From an uncultured delta proteobacterium (GTDB lineage: Bacteria; Desulfobacterota; RBG-13-43-22): a stretch of DNA of 64,000 nucleotides. Of this stretch, positions 49,740-60,448 are shown one piece after another (position 1 is the first letter of the stretch; every line of letters begins with the position of its first letter). The position numbers were made by a program, and so were the translations under genes. Location: positions 1,954,945-2,018,944 of the forward strand of contig CAWBOS010000010.1 in assembly GCA_963790475.1 (NCBI GenBank), written 5' to 3'. Under the pieces are notes generated by a model. It searched no databases, was not told where the DNA came from, and saw nothing but the letters and a program-made list of their open reading frames with translations.

Positions 49740-50351
49740 TTAAAAATTCAACAGCATTTTTCCTATATCTTCACTAACACCCATTGCATCCCCGGTTAAT
49801 ACTCTTTCATAGAAGACTAATCTTCTTGCAGATACACGGGCATGTTTGAATTTCAAAAGAGTCTTTTTGGTGTTTGGGTCCGATACTTCTCCTTCCATTT
49901 CGACCCTTGTTTTACCGGCACCAAATCTTATCCAGAAACGAAGAGCAAAGGAACCAGGATTCATTTCTGTTACTTTTGCCTTGATCATTAATACTCCTGC
50001 TTTTGATATGTCAGGATTGGTTTCATCCTCTTTTTTAACCAAGTCGACATTTAATTTATCTTCAATTCCTTTCTTCAAACCCCTGATAAAAATTTGATTA
50101 ATCCGGGATAGAACTATTTCCACTGGCTCACGAGTATTATCGGTAGGAATCAAGACTGCCAAGGTATCTAAAGGCAAAATAATAATTTTTGAATAATCAG
50201 AAATTTTAAAAGATTGGAGAATTTCCAAGTTGTCAACTGTCAAATTCCAGTTCTTATATAATCCTGGGGCATTAGAATCATTTTTACCATAAGCAGGAAT
50301 GGACAGAGCAATAAAAAATACCATAAATAATAAATTGTAAATCTTTTTCAT
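49740..50351 (-). CDS. DUF4410-like secreted protein
   Basis: Signal peptide and NPGSFALRFWIRFGAGK motif. Confidence 0.7.
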   Translation of the reverse strand: MKKIYNLLFMVFFIALSIPAYGKNDSNAPGLYKNWNLTVDNLEILQSFKISDYSKIIILPLDTLAVLIPTDNTREPVEIVLSRINQIFIRGLKKGIEDKLNVDLVKKEDETNPDISKAGVLMIKAKVTEMNPGSFALRFWIRFGAGKTRVEMEGEVSDPNTKKTLLKFKHARVSARRLVFYERVLTGDAMGVSEDIGKMLLNF

Positions 50352-50933
50352 GGTAATAATCCTTTTTTCAATTTTACTTAGCTGATAAGAAGGTGTTTTT
50401 TGATTGGAAAAGTATAAGGCAAGATAAGGACTGGAGCAATAAGAAAGGCAGGGTGGATGGTGAGGGAATAGAATGTGAAAGTCCGAGTAGGTTATCAGAC
50501 GTTCAAGGGATTTGAGCTTGGGTGGGGTTCTGGTTGGCTCTGGTTATCTCCTGGTTTATCCTTTCACCTAATTATTCTCTGCTCGATCTCCCTTACTATT
50601 GACAACCGTGATTTGAAAGGTCGTATTTTAACAGATAATATTCTGGTATTTTGATAATCAGATGAGGCAATGTTTTGTTCCTGGTACTTTTTATGATTGG
50701 ATTCTTTTCGACAGGGATTAAGGTGGCTATTCAAGGTGACCAGAACACCCATTTTTGTCAATATTTAATCATATAGTCATAGTTCTTGAATCGTTCCAGA
50801 GCAAAAGAATGTCAGAGTAAGAGGAGGGGCAAATTTTTATTGGGGAAACTGCTCTATATTATCATTCTATTGTCAAAACCAATAGCTGATTTGATGGCCG
50901 GTTTTAAATATATGATTGGAAGTGTACAGTAGA

Positions 50934-52475
50934 CCCGGATGTTGCATAAAAAAAGTGCAAATTTTGTAAAGACCGATCAGGCGGCCTTTTTAAAAGCATC
51001 CAGATACACAAAAAAGTCTCTTTGGACTGATTCATTTCCATTAAGCGTCAGGGTTAGTTGCTTTTGGGGTAACGTTAATCTCCCTGCTCTTTGAATAATC
51101 AGATGGCGTAAAGTTTTTAATTCTTCAAAACACCATAGAGGGGCTCTTTTCTCGGTCGTCCCTCTTTCCCTTGGACGAGCCGCCATTTGTAATTCGCGGG
51201 TTAAATTGTGGGCCATGATTGCAGCCATCGTATAAAGCTGGTTTCCGCCCCAGCGACGAACAGGGATATAATCCATTTGAGCTTGAGATTTCAATTCTCC
51301 AAAGAGTCCTTCCTGGTCGGCGCGCCCATTATGGAACATCAATACCTTCTTAGCCTTGACCCGCTTGTTGGTTACGATGACTTTAAATTCGTAGCCTTCC
51401 TCCCGAGGAACGAATAAGTCCAGTTGAATCGGACCTCGGAAAGCCAGGGAGACTCGTTGACGGATGCACAGGAAACGAAATCGGTTATCCCATTTCTTGG
51501 GTTTCCAAAACGTTTCAAACCAAGACCATCGGTCATCCAGCCGCTTCCAACGTTTTCGCTCCTGGATCATTTGTTTCCATTCGGCAAAACGTTCGAAAGG
51601 CACTGACAGAGTAAACTCAACCCCTTGTTCTTCTAAAAACGGTACGAGGTTATCGTTAAAAAAGGCGCTGTCCAGTCGGGCTTCTATGATTACGCCGGGA
51701 AGGGCTTCCTTCAAGAGGCGTAGGCATTGTTCGATAAATTCCCGTGCTCCATTAGAGTCGTGGACATTTCCGGAACGAAACAGGGTATCGAAAACCTGCC
51801 CGGTTTGGGCAATGGTGCAGAACAAAGGATAATAACTGCGGGCTCCTTTTTTCTTTTTGTTATACCCCACAGCGGTTCCCTCGGCTCGACGCTGACAGGT
51901 CCAAAGAACGGATCCGTCAAAATCCAGTGTCAGACGAAAAGGAGCCAACTTTTGCAGTCTGGCAATAACCTGGTTCCGGCATAGTTCCCGAACTTTTTCG
52001 ATGGCCGAAATATCAATCGTTCGCAAAGCGCGAGAAACCGTTGAGATATCTGGCAGCCTTTTTAACCCCAATAAACGCTTGATCAAGGGATCATCTTGGT
52101 AATAATCCAGATCCCTCAGCTTACGGAAACCCAGTAAAAGGTGAAAGATCAAAAGAAGCATAATGAGGTGATGACCAAATATCTCGGAAACTTTTAAATG
52201 GTCAAAACATTTCTTGAGTTGTGCTTTGAGATTCAGGTTCTGGAGCAGTGGCTGATAAATAACTAGCCCGGCAAATGAGGTCAATTGTTGATTTTCAAAC
52301 TTGATGGCTGGAATTTTAAACATTCGACTAAAAATATTCCTTTTGCTATACTTCACCTTAGGTGGCCTCCTGTATCGGTTCTTTTGAGATGTGCTAATTT
52401 CACTTTAGCCAATACTGGAGCCACCTTCAAGCATTTTCATGGTGTTTTATGCACTTTTATTATGCAACTATGAGG
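50934..52475 (-). mobile_element. IS1380 family insertion sequence (1542 bp) with 4-bp TAGA target duplication
   Basis: Imperfect terminal inverted repeats CC..GTTGCATAA.AAAAGTGCA. TAGA occurs at 50930-50933 and 52476-52479. Confidence 0.9.
50977..52356 (-). CDS. IS1380 family DDE transposase
   Basis: LTSFAGL, LTLDFDGS, SYYPL, RSGN, RLDSAF, HNGRADQE and AHNL. Confidence 0.92.
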   Translation of the reverse strand: MKYSKRNIFSRMFKIPAIKFENQQLTSFAGLVIYQPLLQNLNLKAQLKKCFDHLKVSEIFGHHLIMLLLIFHLLLGFRKLRDLDYYQDDPLIKRLLGLKRLPDISTVSRALRTIDISAIEKVRELCRNQVIARLQKLAPFRLTLDFDGSVLWTCQRRAEGTAVGYNKKKKGARSYYPLFCTIAQTGQVFDTLFRSGNVHDSNGAREFIEQCLRLLKEALPGVIIEARLDSAFFNDNLVPFLEEQGVEFTLSVPFERFAEWKQMIQERKRWKRLDDRWSWFETFWKPKKWDNRFRFLCIRQRVSLAFRGPIQLDLFVPREEGYEFKVIVTNKRVKAKKVLMFHNGRADQEGLFGELKSQAQMDYIPVRRWGGNQLYTMAAIMAHNLTRELQMAARPRERGTTEKRAPLWCFEELKTLRHLIIQRAGRLTLPQKQLTLTLNGNESVQRDFFVYLDAFKKAA

Positions 52476-53775
52476 TAGAGTAGAGAGCTGGCGCCGAGCT
52501 GGAGCCGCTTTTGAACTTTTCGATGCACGCATCTACTTAGAACTATGGCGGTCAGAGGTTTCCAGCTCCCCCTCATCAAATCCCGCAGGGCGGGATTTTC
52601 CCGAATACGGCTTTCCGATTATCTTCCTCCAGAAGCTTTCGCCAATTGAGTCCAGGGTCATTCCCTTTGTACTCCTTCTTGCCGTCCCAACACTCCTCCA
52701 CAATCGGCGCCTTCAACCACATCTTGATCAGTTTCAGTATCTGCTTATCTACGATACGTTTGGCCACCAATTGCATCAGCTTGTCGTGATGATTCTTTAC
52801 ATCGTCCACCGCCTGATGAGCACTCCGCTTCGGCCTGAATCCGTAGGAGTTGTCCTGAAAGTCGGCTTCGAAAATAGGCTCGATTACTATTTTCACGGCC
52901 ATCTGCACGACCCTGTCCTTGATCAGCGGTATGCCCAGCGGTCTTTTGCCTCCGCTTGCCTTAGGAATGTAAACCCTGCGGACCGCCTGAGGCTTATAGC
53001 CTTTCGCTGTAGTTCCCCGGCTATCTCTTCCAGATACTTCTCAGCTCCCCCTTCTCTCTCCTCAATACGTTCAAAGGTTTCGCCGTCTATTCCCGGTGAC
53101 CCTTTGTTCGCTTTGACCAGTCGATAGGCATGGGTCAGGATGTCCCTCTTATATATCTTGTCATAGAGAAGATAGCATCGGTACTCCTTCTCCTGCTTGG
53201 CTTTCCGGTATAGTTTAATCTGAAGTTCCCGGATCTTCTCTGGGGTTTTCAGCACCTTCGTGCAATCCCCTTTCCTTCACTTCTTCTGAAACGTGATAAA
53301 AGTATTGCCCCTTCCCTCTCCTAAGGTTATGTTGTCCTTGGGATACAAGCGGTACTATAGGCAACTGCGACTCCCTGGCCGACCCGGTAAAACTTCGTTT
53401 CCTTATATCTACCGGTTGCCCCCCAGTTGGGTATCGCCCAGGGTCTCCCGTGTTCATTGTCGTATGGCTTCCCCTGCGTGTCACCCCTGTTGCCCCGGAA
53501 GTCCATCTATCGGTTCTGGCAGTTAGGGTTAGGATAGATGCAGCGGTCTTCCCCAGTGTAGGAGGGGGTCGACAACTCCATTGTAAATATCGAGGCTACC
53601 TATAGGTTCGCTTGCGCTGCAACCCGCAGGTTTGCTCAGCTCCCTTAAAGGAGCCTTTGTCAGAAAACTTAGTGCTTCAGGTTACCCCTTACACCTCCCT
53701 CAAGCTACGTGGGTGAACTACCGAACTCCCACCGTCGGACTTTAACCGACCAGTCATACGTTTTACACGGCATAC
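52476..53775 (-). mobile_element. Group II intron, internally deleted/degenerate
   Basis: 5' end GTATGCC, domain V AAGCCGTATTCGGGAAAA...TTTGATGAGGG, domain VI ending CTACTCTAC, and RT fragments inside. Confidence 0.85.
52576..53255 (-). pseudogene. Group II intron reverse transcriptase/maturase remnant
   Basis: [37 protein letters not shown] and LIKMWLKAP. It is frameshifted, and the PQG/YADD and X domains are missing. Confidence 0.88.
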
Positions 53776-54162
53776 CCTACTAATGTTTTAAGATGCCAGT
53801 AATAATAATTCACAATTACGATTGGTACTCTTCCGATATTTCAAAAATGGAAGTCTGAGAATTACAAGGAAAAAATTATTACCTCTTTAGATATATGTGG
53901 GTATATCTATGATTATCAGGCTAATATCCTGTGCCCGTTAAGTGAACCCCTTTAGGAACAAGCATCTACAGGGTGTATTATCGCAATTCCTTTATAAATC
54001 AAGCACGTTCTGTGTTTCATTCAGTGGCGCCTGTTGTTTCCGAAGAATTGGCTTCAGGTTAACCCTTGTCATTCCCCCTTGTATCCGTTATATTCAAATT
54101 TATGGCATTATATACAGCCAATTGATGAGCCCCCATACCAAGAAGCACTTCCGGGTTATCCC

Positions 54163-55428
54163 ATGACGACATTCCAGGCCAATAAAAAGATAGATGAGGC
54201 AAAACGCAGGGCGGCCTTAAGAAATATGAAAAGGCTGGCCACACTTCTGTTCGTGGGCATGGCGATCCTCTTTATCATTTCCTTTCGGCTCGAAAAAATA
54301 TATCCTATCTTAGGCGTAGTAAGAGCATTTTCGGAAGCGGCCATGGTAGGAGCCCTTGCTGACTGGTTTGCCGTTGTGGCGCTCTTCAGGCACCCTTTAA
54401 ATCTACCGATCCCTCATACGGCGATCATTCAGCAACACAAAGACAGGTTCGGGGAAAATCTCGCTGTTTTCATCAAGAATAATTTTCTGGCCCGCGAGAC
54501 ACTTGAGGAAAAGCTGAGGACGACAGATATGCTGGCCTGGCTCGGCGAAGTATTCACAAACCGGCAGAGAGTGCAAAAGATTACGGAGAAATCCTTGGAA
54601 CACCTGCTGCTTTTCGTCAAACAGTTCGATGACCGGGAGTTCAAGAGTTTTTCCACTGGTCTCGTGCTGAACAATTTACAAAAGATCAGGGTCCTTCCCT
54701 TGATAGGAGATGTGCTTACCGTTATGACGAAAGAGAATAAGCACCAGGTCCTCCTCAATGAGGCTTTGGTCATTACGGGAAACATTCTTGAGGAGAACAA
54801 GGATGTGATACGGGAGAAGGCCAGGGAAACCCATCTTTGGTACATTCCAGGTTTTATCAATGAAATGATATTTGATAGAATGCTAAACAAACTAAAAGAG
54901 ACGCTCTCGGACATTCAGAGTGACACGGAACACGAAATCAGAAAAAGGTTCAACGAGGTTACCACACATTTCATAGACAGCCTGAAGCATTCAGAGGTCT
55001 TTGCTGAGAAGGTCAATGCCATGGGAAAGGAGTTCCTCACTAATCCCGCAATCAAGGAATATTTTGAAAACCTTTGGTCGGATATCAAGACCAAGCTGAT
55101 AGCGGATCTTACGGATTCCGGCTCGGGGGCCAGGAGTCATTTAGAAAAAGGGATTCTTGCCGTCGGAAAGAGTCTCATGGAAAACGAAGCCCTAAGAGAG
55201 GGGATGAATCGGTGGATATATACCTCTCTGCTGGATTTTGCAGAGGAGTATGTTGATTCCATAATATCGATAATCTCTGACACGGTAAAGAGGTGGGACA
55301 CCGTGAAAACGAGCCAGACGATTGAACTGTATGTGGGCAAAGACCTCCAGTGGATCAGGATAAACGGAACAATCGTAGGGGGCCTGGTGGGCCTACTGAT
55401 TTATACCTTTTCTCTGCTGTTCAAATAA
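54163..55428 (+). CDS. DUF445 (YjiN-like) membrane protein
   Basis: EAAMVGALADWFAVVALFRHP, IPHTAII and GKDLQWIRINGTIVGG. Confidence 0.92.
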   Translation: MTTFQANKKIDEAKRRAALRNMKRLATLLFVGMAILFIISFRLEKIYPILGVVRAFSEAAMVGALADWFAVVALFRHPLNLPIPHTAIIQQHKDRFGENLAVFIKNNFLARETLEEKLRTTDMLAWLGEVFTNRQRVQKITEKSLEHLLLFVKQFDDREFKSFSTGLVLNNLQKIRVLPLIGDVLTVMTKENKHQVLLNEALVITGNILEENKDVIREKARETHLWYIPGFINEMIFDRMLNKLKETLSDIQSDTEHEIRKRFNEVTTHFIDSLKHSEVFAEKVNAMGKEFLTNPAIKEYFENLWSDIKTKLIADLTDSGSGARSHLEKGILAVGKSLMENEALREGMNRWIYTSLLDFAEEYVDSIISIISDTVKRWDTVKTSQTIELYVGKDLQWIRINGTIVGGLVGLLIYTFSLLFK

Positions 55429-55482
55429 AGCTTGTGCAAATGGGCTACGTAAGCGTTGAGCCCGCTTTTTCTGCATAAACCG

Positions 55483-56378
55483 TCAGTTTCCGCTTAAAAG
55501 GTTCGCCTTATCTGTAACCTCCCAGGGAAGGCCGATGTCCATCCGCCCCATATGGCCATAGGCGGCCAGCTTTCTATAAAATCCGCCTTTAAGGATTAAA
55601 GGCAGATATCTTAAGTTGAATTGCTTCAAGATTCCGGCCAATCGAAAATCAAAGTGATCTTCCAGAAGTTCAACGATCTTATCGTCGGAAACCTTACCGG
55701 TACCGAAAGTTTCTACCTGAATACTCACTGGGCGGGGAAAGCCGATGGAATAGCTGAGTTGCACCTCACATTCCTCGGCCAACCCTGCGGCCACGATATT
55801 CTTGGCCGCATATCTGGCGGCATAGGCCCCGATCCGGTCTATGCGTAAAGGGTCTTTTCCGCTTAGAGCGGCCCCGCTGTGACGGGAAAATTCTCCGTAG
55901 GTATCAATGGCGTTCTTTTTCCCGGTCAGTCCGGAATGAATCGAAGGTCCTCCCATAATAAAGGGACCGTCGGGGTTGACAAAGATCCTGGTTCGTTTAT
56001 CAGGAACGATCTCCTCCTCGTTAAAGACCGGCGTGATGATCAGTTCCCGGAGATCGTCTTCTAAACGGTCGAGAGTAGGTCCCCCTGAATGGGGCGGGCT
56101 GGTTTGACTGGCAATAAGCTGGAATTAAAGCCAGGTTGATCATAACCGATCTGGTGAATGACGCTTCGGGCCAGGGCAGGAAAGTCCACTGTGGCCTTCC
56201 CATTGAAACGGGCGGCAATAAAAACAATGGCCGTGGCCACCGCGCACTCGTCAATGATCCGGGCATAAGGATCCTGTTGCAGGAAATGATCGACAATGGC
56301 GTCGCTGATCTGATCACATAGTTTGTCTGGATGCCCTTCGGTGACCGATTCAGAGATAAAGATGAAGTCTTTTTTCAT
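55483..56378 (-). pseudogene. metK: S-adenosylmethionine synthetase pseudogene (internal deletion and frameshift)
   Basis: SESVTEGHPDKLCDQISDA and GLTGKK..DTYG..HSGAALSGKD..IDR. The central domain is missing. Confidence 0.85.
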
Positions 56379-56855
56379 GGCTTTTTTCCAGTGGATTTGG
56401 TGGATTCGTTGATCATAAAGGGTAAAACACTGGCTCCGCCTACGAGTAGGCTGTCAAAGAGGGTTAGTGTGCTGAGTCCCAGGAGGCCTCGCATCCCAGG
56501 GATGATCAAGGTGCCGGCTTGAACAACCAACGACCCGGCGATAGCCAGGTTCAACAACCGATTGGGAGGGAGCTTTTCCGAGCTGAAAAGAGAATGGGTT
56601 TCAGACCGGCAGCTATAGGCATGCAGAAGTTGGCTGCAACTCAAGGTCATAAAGGCCAGGGTATCGGCCTGGGGGCCCTGTCCATAACGAGCCAGTCCAT
56701 ACCCATAGACGCCCAAGGTCCCTGCGGTTAAAACCGATGATTCCAGAAAGATCCTTTTGAAGTCCTCTTTGCGGATAATCGGTTCTTCGGGGTTTCTGGG
56801 AGGGTAGGTCAGGACATCCGGTTCCGGGGCAGTGAATGCCAACCCAGTCTGCCTA
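56375..56855 (-). pseudogene. Cation-transporting P-type ATPase C-terminal remnant
   Basis: GLAFTAPEPDVLTYPPRNPEEPI, TLAF..QLLHAYSCRS. Confidence 0.75.
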
Positions 56856-57323
56856 TAGGAATGCATGGTTCTTTCTCTGGAAAGAAGTGTTTTGTTCCTC
56901 AAGGAGAAGAAGTTTAATTTCCTCATTTTTATTCAAATTGAATAACTCCTTTAGAGAATATATTGCTAACCTCTATCAATGCCATCTCCAAGGCATCCTT
57001 GTCAACCTCAAATACCTTCTCCTTCATCGGATATGACCTTCCTTAATATTTTTTTGAAAAATTGCGCCGCCAAGTCATGGATCCCCGGAACCTTCCGAAT
57101 CCTGATCAGGGCATCCTCATAGAAAGGAAGCTGGGAGGCTGAGAAGTCTATCTGAATTTCAAGGGCTTAGGGTTTCGGTGGAGGTCTCTGCTCGTGGCTT
57201 TATTGTCGATCTGCTCGCAGCATTAAAAAATGACGGAGCCAACTTAGAGTAAGATAGTGTGTTGTTAGATGGCTGTTTAGAAAACAGCTGAGTTGCCAGC
57301 CGTCGAGAGCTTGTCGTGTCCTA

Positions 57324-57584
57324 TCAGTGGGGAAAACGAATTTTCAGCTTGTAGCAGAGAAACAAGACGAGAATGGAACCAAGGGCCGAAAAGATGAGGC
57401 CCGCCGGGTGAAATTTGACACCTTCTCTCGGCCGGGAAAACATGTGCGTCACCATGCCGCCGATGATCGAACCGATGATGCCGAGCACTATCGTCCAAAT
57501 TAACGTCAGATGGACGTGCATAATTGACTTAGCAATCACTCCCGCGATTAGACCGATAAGTAGGTACCAAATTAGGTGAAGCAT
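57324..57584 (-). CDS. GlsB/YeaQ/YmgE family stress membrane protein
   Basis: AGGAGG RBS; LIGLIAGVIAK..TIVLGIIGSIIGG. Confidence 0.85.
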   Translation of the reverse strand: MLHLIWYLLIGLIAGVIAKSIMHVHLTLIWTIVLGIIGSIIGGMVTHMFSRPREGVKFHPAGLIFSALGSILVLFLCYKLKIRFPH

Positions 57585-58051
57585 AATTCTCCTCCTTCTA
57601 AATTGATAAAAACTTGCTTTGGGATGGAGTAAATATAAAAAAAATGGGAGTAGTTTGTCAAGAAAAATGGACCACAAGATATGGGCAGAATAGTATAGTC
57701 CTTGGTTATAATTCCGAGTAGTACGCTTCCGCCTTCCTTGATGGAAAGCAGCCCCTGGTATGATCGCCAAAAGTGCCTCAAGAGGATGCCTTTTCTGAAG
57801 TGTCATTTTTCCCCCTTGCATTGAAGACACTTTCACTGAGGCGCCATGGTCGCAAAAAATGATGAGAATCATTGATAGAATTTGTTTTTTAATAGGAAGA
57901 GTATAAAACAAGGAAAACCAGGATCAAGGAGAAAAATAGAGGGTCATTGAGGAACCCTACCTCTCTTCATTCTTATCCTCTGGTTTTTCCTTGACCCAAT
58001 CTTTCTTTTGTTACATATTGTTGCCAAAAATAATTCAAGGAGATAAAAATC

Positions 58052-58375
58052 ATGAAAAAAATCTATATTCCGGCCGTAGCCCTCTTACTATTGGGGCTGG
58101 CCCTTTTTCTGATGCGTTGTGTCGGTTCCAGCTCTTCCGGCGGAGGGTTCGCCGATGTGGATGTTCAATACGAGGTTAACGGCGGTTCGATCTCCAATAA
58201 CGCCAACGAAGCGCAGGATATAAGAAACCCCTTTGGGGATGATCTCCGGGTGCTGACCTGGTTCTGCGGAAATTATAAGGGAGGACATGGACAGCGCGTT
58301 CAGCTTACTTTTAAAAAAGTAAATAACATCTGGCAATTAGATAGCGAAGATATCAGCGGCGGCAGTTGCAGTTAA
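58052..58375 (+). CDS. Hypothetical secreted protein or lipoprotein
   Basis: AAGGAG RBS and a hydrophobic N-terminus followed by Cys. Confidence 0.65.
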   Translation: MKKIYIPAVALLLLGLALFLMRCVGSSSSGGGFADVDVQYEVNGGSISNNANEAQDIRNPFGDDLRVLTWFCGNYKGGHGQRVQLTFKKVNNIWQLDSEDISGGSCS

Positions 58376-58448
58376 AGTTTTTTAGTGACCGGTAAAAAGC
58401 GGCGGCGGGCCTGTCCCCCTGATGTTGAAAGGATAAGGGCAAAGAGTG

Positions 58449-58925
58449 TTATTTTTTCCGAATCGTCAGTTCCTTGCTCAAAAGGCGGATGTGACCCATT
58501 TCCTCTTTAATCACATCATCCAGACGGCTGCGTCCTTGTCTTTCTGGGACCACCTCCCGCATCCCTAGATAAAAAACGATGGAATCCTTTTCGGCAGTTA
58601 TGGCATCCTTTAAAATTGCCTCCATGGAAGAGGTGTCTATTTTCTTTTCGAAAAAAACGCGGGTATCGGCTAGGGCCTTCAAATAGCCCGTTGCCTCCCC
58701 CTCGGGATCAAAGACCGTAGCGGTTATTTCCGATGCAGTTAACTGGGAATGCATTTGGGTGAAGATTTTTCGATGGTCATCTTCCATGGCCGCCAAACTG
58801 AGTAATAACTCGCGGGCGTTGTCGTCTTTCGCCGTTTTAGCGGCGATGCGGTAGAATTCGGCGCCATTACGTTCCAACTGTTCCGCTATTTCAAAGATGT
58901 TATCGGCATTAAAATCGTACATCAT
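58449..58925 (-). CDS. Rubrerythrin/ferritin-like diiron protein
   Basis: AEQLE..G..FY, EDDH, AEKDSIVFY and EEMGH. Confidence 0.88.
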   Translation of the reverse strand: MMYDFNADNIFEIAEQLERNGAEFYRIAAKTAKDDNARELLLSLAAMEDDHRKIFTQMHSQLTASEITATVFDPEGEATGYLKALADTRVFFEKKIDTSSMEAILKDAITAEKDSIVFYLGMREVVPERQGRSRLDDVIKEEMGHIRLLSKELTIRKK

Positions 58926-59069
58926 GACTGTCGATTTCCTTTCTTGCGTTCCTAGATTTCTTTTGACGTAAGGAATTATAAAATAAGAAAAAGATAGGGG
59001 TCAAGAAAAAAAACAGTACCTTAATAGAAGGGGGCTACTTCTGATTACCCTGCCTTTATCATACACCAC

Positions 59070-59193
59070 AAAACAAAAACCCCCCGCTCTCGATTCAGAA
59101 ACGTGGTTCTTAAATTCCTCTATTTGCTTGCCCTTCTTTTAGGGTAAAGTGGCGTTGCTGGAAGACGGGTCATAACTGATCTGGCCTTTGAAT
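59070..59193 (-). ncRNA. Candidate structured RNA/leader, copy B
   Basis: GTGTATAAT -10 at 59201-59209, TGACCCGTC, CTTT-ACCCTA-AAAG and a terminator ending GGGGTTTTTGTTTT. Homologous to copy A. Confidence 0.5.
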
Positions 59194-59365
59194 GGACCCC
59201 ATTATACACTTTTTTGGGAATAGTATATAGGAGGATTTTTCTTTGGAATGGGACCAGGAAACAGGAGCCCTCATCGATTAATTTGCTTGATATTTCAATT
59301 AGTGTTGTAATAATACCGCCAACGGGTCTCATGGAAAGGGCTAAATCATAAAGAAGGGTAAGCGG

Positions 59366-59491
59366 ATGAATAAAGGTGATCTGATCAACGAATTGGCAAA
59401 AGTAGCTGGCACGAAAAAGGAGATAAAGATCGCCGCCAGAAAGGTCCCCAAGTTTACCCCCGGCAAGAACCTCAAGGTTGCCGTAAAATAG
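59366..59491 (+). pseudogene. HU DNA-binding protein with in-frame internal deletion (41 aa)
   Basis: MNKGDLINELAKVAGTKKE is fused directly to IKIAARKVPKFTPGKNLK. Confidence 0.78.
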
Positions 59492-59570
59492 TTGTCAACG
59501 GTTTAAGGCTCGGCCACTTGGGGGAAACCCTTAGGCCTGCACCTTTTGACATCAGCAAAGGAGGGAAGAA

Positions 59571-60014
59571 ATGGAAATCCGTCGTGCCAGAGTTGAAGAT
59601 GAAAATCAGGTTATCAAACTGCTGAGTCAGTTGCTGGGAGTTCAAGCGAGTGGTATTAATTGGAAGACGACCACTGCGACAACCTTTCGGCAAATGGTTC
59701 GCCATCCGGAGCTGGGCACCATTTTTCTGGCCGATGAAAAGAGAGAAGCAATAGGTTTGATCACCCTGTCTTTTCCTACGGCCATCCGTTTTGGAGGAAT
59801 CTACGCCAGCATTGAGGAGTTTATCGTCACTGAAAAAGGGAGGGGAAAAGGGATCGGTGGTAAACTGCTCAAGGCCGCTTTGGAGGAAGGATCCTCAAGG
59901 GGGTGTTACGAGCTTGTCGTCAACAATCCAAGCGAATCAGGCTATCCGGTTTATAAGAAATATGGGTTGGTCGATGTCGGAAGGCATCTCAAAATCAAGT
60001 TATCCCCGGAATAG
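59571..60014 (+). CDS. GNAT family N-acetyltransferase
   Basis: IEEFIV..GRGKGIGGKLL acetyl-CoA motif and YKKYG. Confidence 0.88.
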   Translation: MEIRRARVEDENQVIKLLSQLLGVQASGINWKTTTATTFRQMVRHPELGTIFLADEKREAIGLITLSFPTAIRFGGIYASIEEFIVTEKGRGKGIGGKLLKAALEEGSSRGCYELVVNNPSESGYPVYKKYGLVDVGRHLKIKLSPE

Positions 60015-60091
60015 AGATGGTCCCCTGATCAAAACCCAAAAGAGTCTTAATGAGAACAGATAATAGGAATAGGCTGATGAAAACAGTCCAG

Positions 60092-60184
60092 GTGCCTTTA
60101 TCGCGGGTAGAAAGAAAAAAAATTTCGCACGCTAGAGCCGCTTCAACTGAAAGGCAAGTCGTTGCCCGTTGAAATTTATGAGGT
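60092..60184 (+). pseudogene. Remnant copy of the adenylate cyclase 3' end
   Basis: Near-identical to the reverse complement of about 38893-38985 (GCGGGTAGAA..AATTTCGCAC..GAGCCGCTTCA..GAAAGGCAAG..TTGCCCGTTGAAATTTATGA). Confidence 0.75.
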
Positions 60185-60448
60185 TTTAAAGGTGGAGAAA
60201 GAGAAAAATAGGGCTAAAGGCAAGGAGACGGGGGGCGTCTTCTGACGAAAAGGGGTCATTTCATGTTAGATGAGGCGGATTAAAAAATTTATTCATAACT
60301 AATTCCGATTAGGCTTGAGGTCTCAGGATCACCTTATTGTGTGGTTCTGAAAAAAGAATCAAATTGAATTCCTCGGTTTTCAGGAGTTGAATGGCCTGTT
60401 GGAGTGGAACAGAGGAATGGATTATGCTTCCTGGATAGGCAGAAAGAG

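Noticed and set aside
52576-53255. Retron or defence-associated RT
   Set aside because: It is flanked by group II intron 5' end and domain V/VI sequences, has intron-type motifs and lacks the catalytic YADD.
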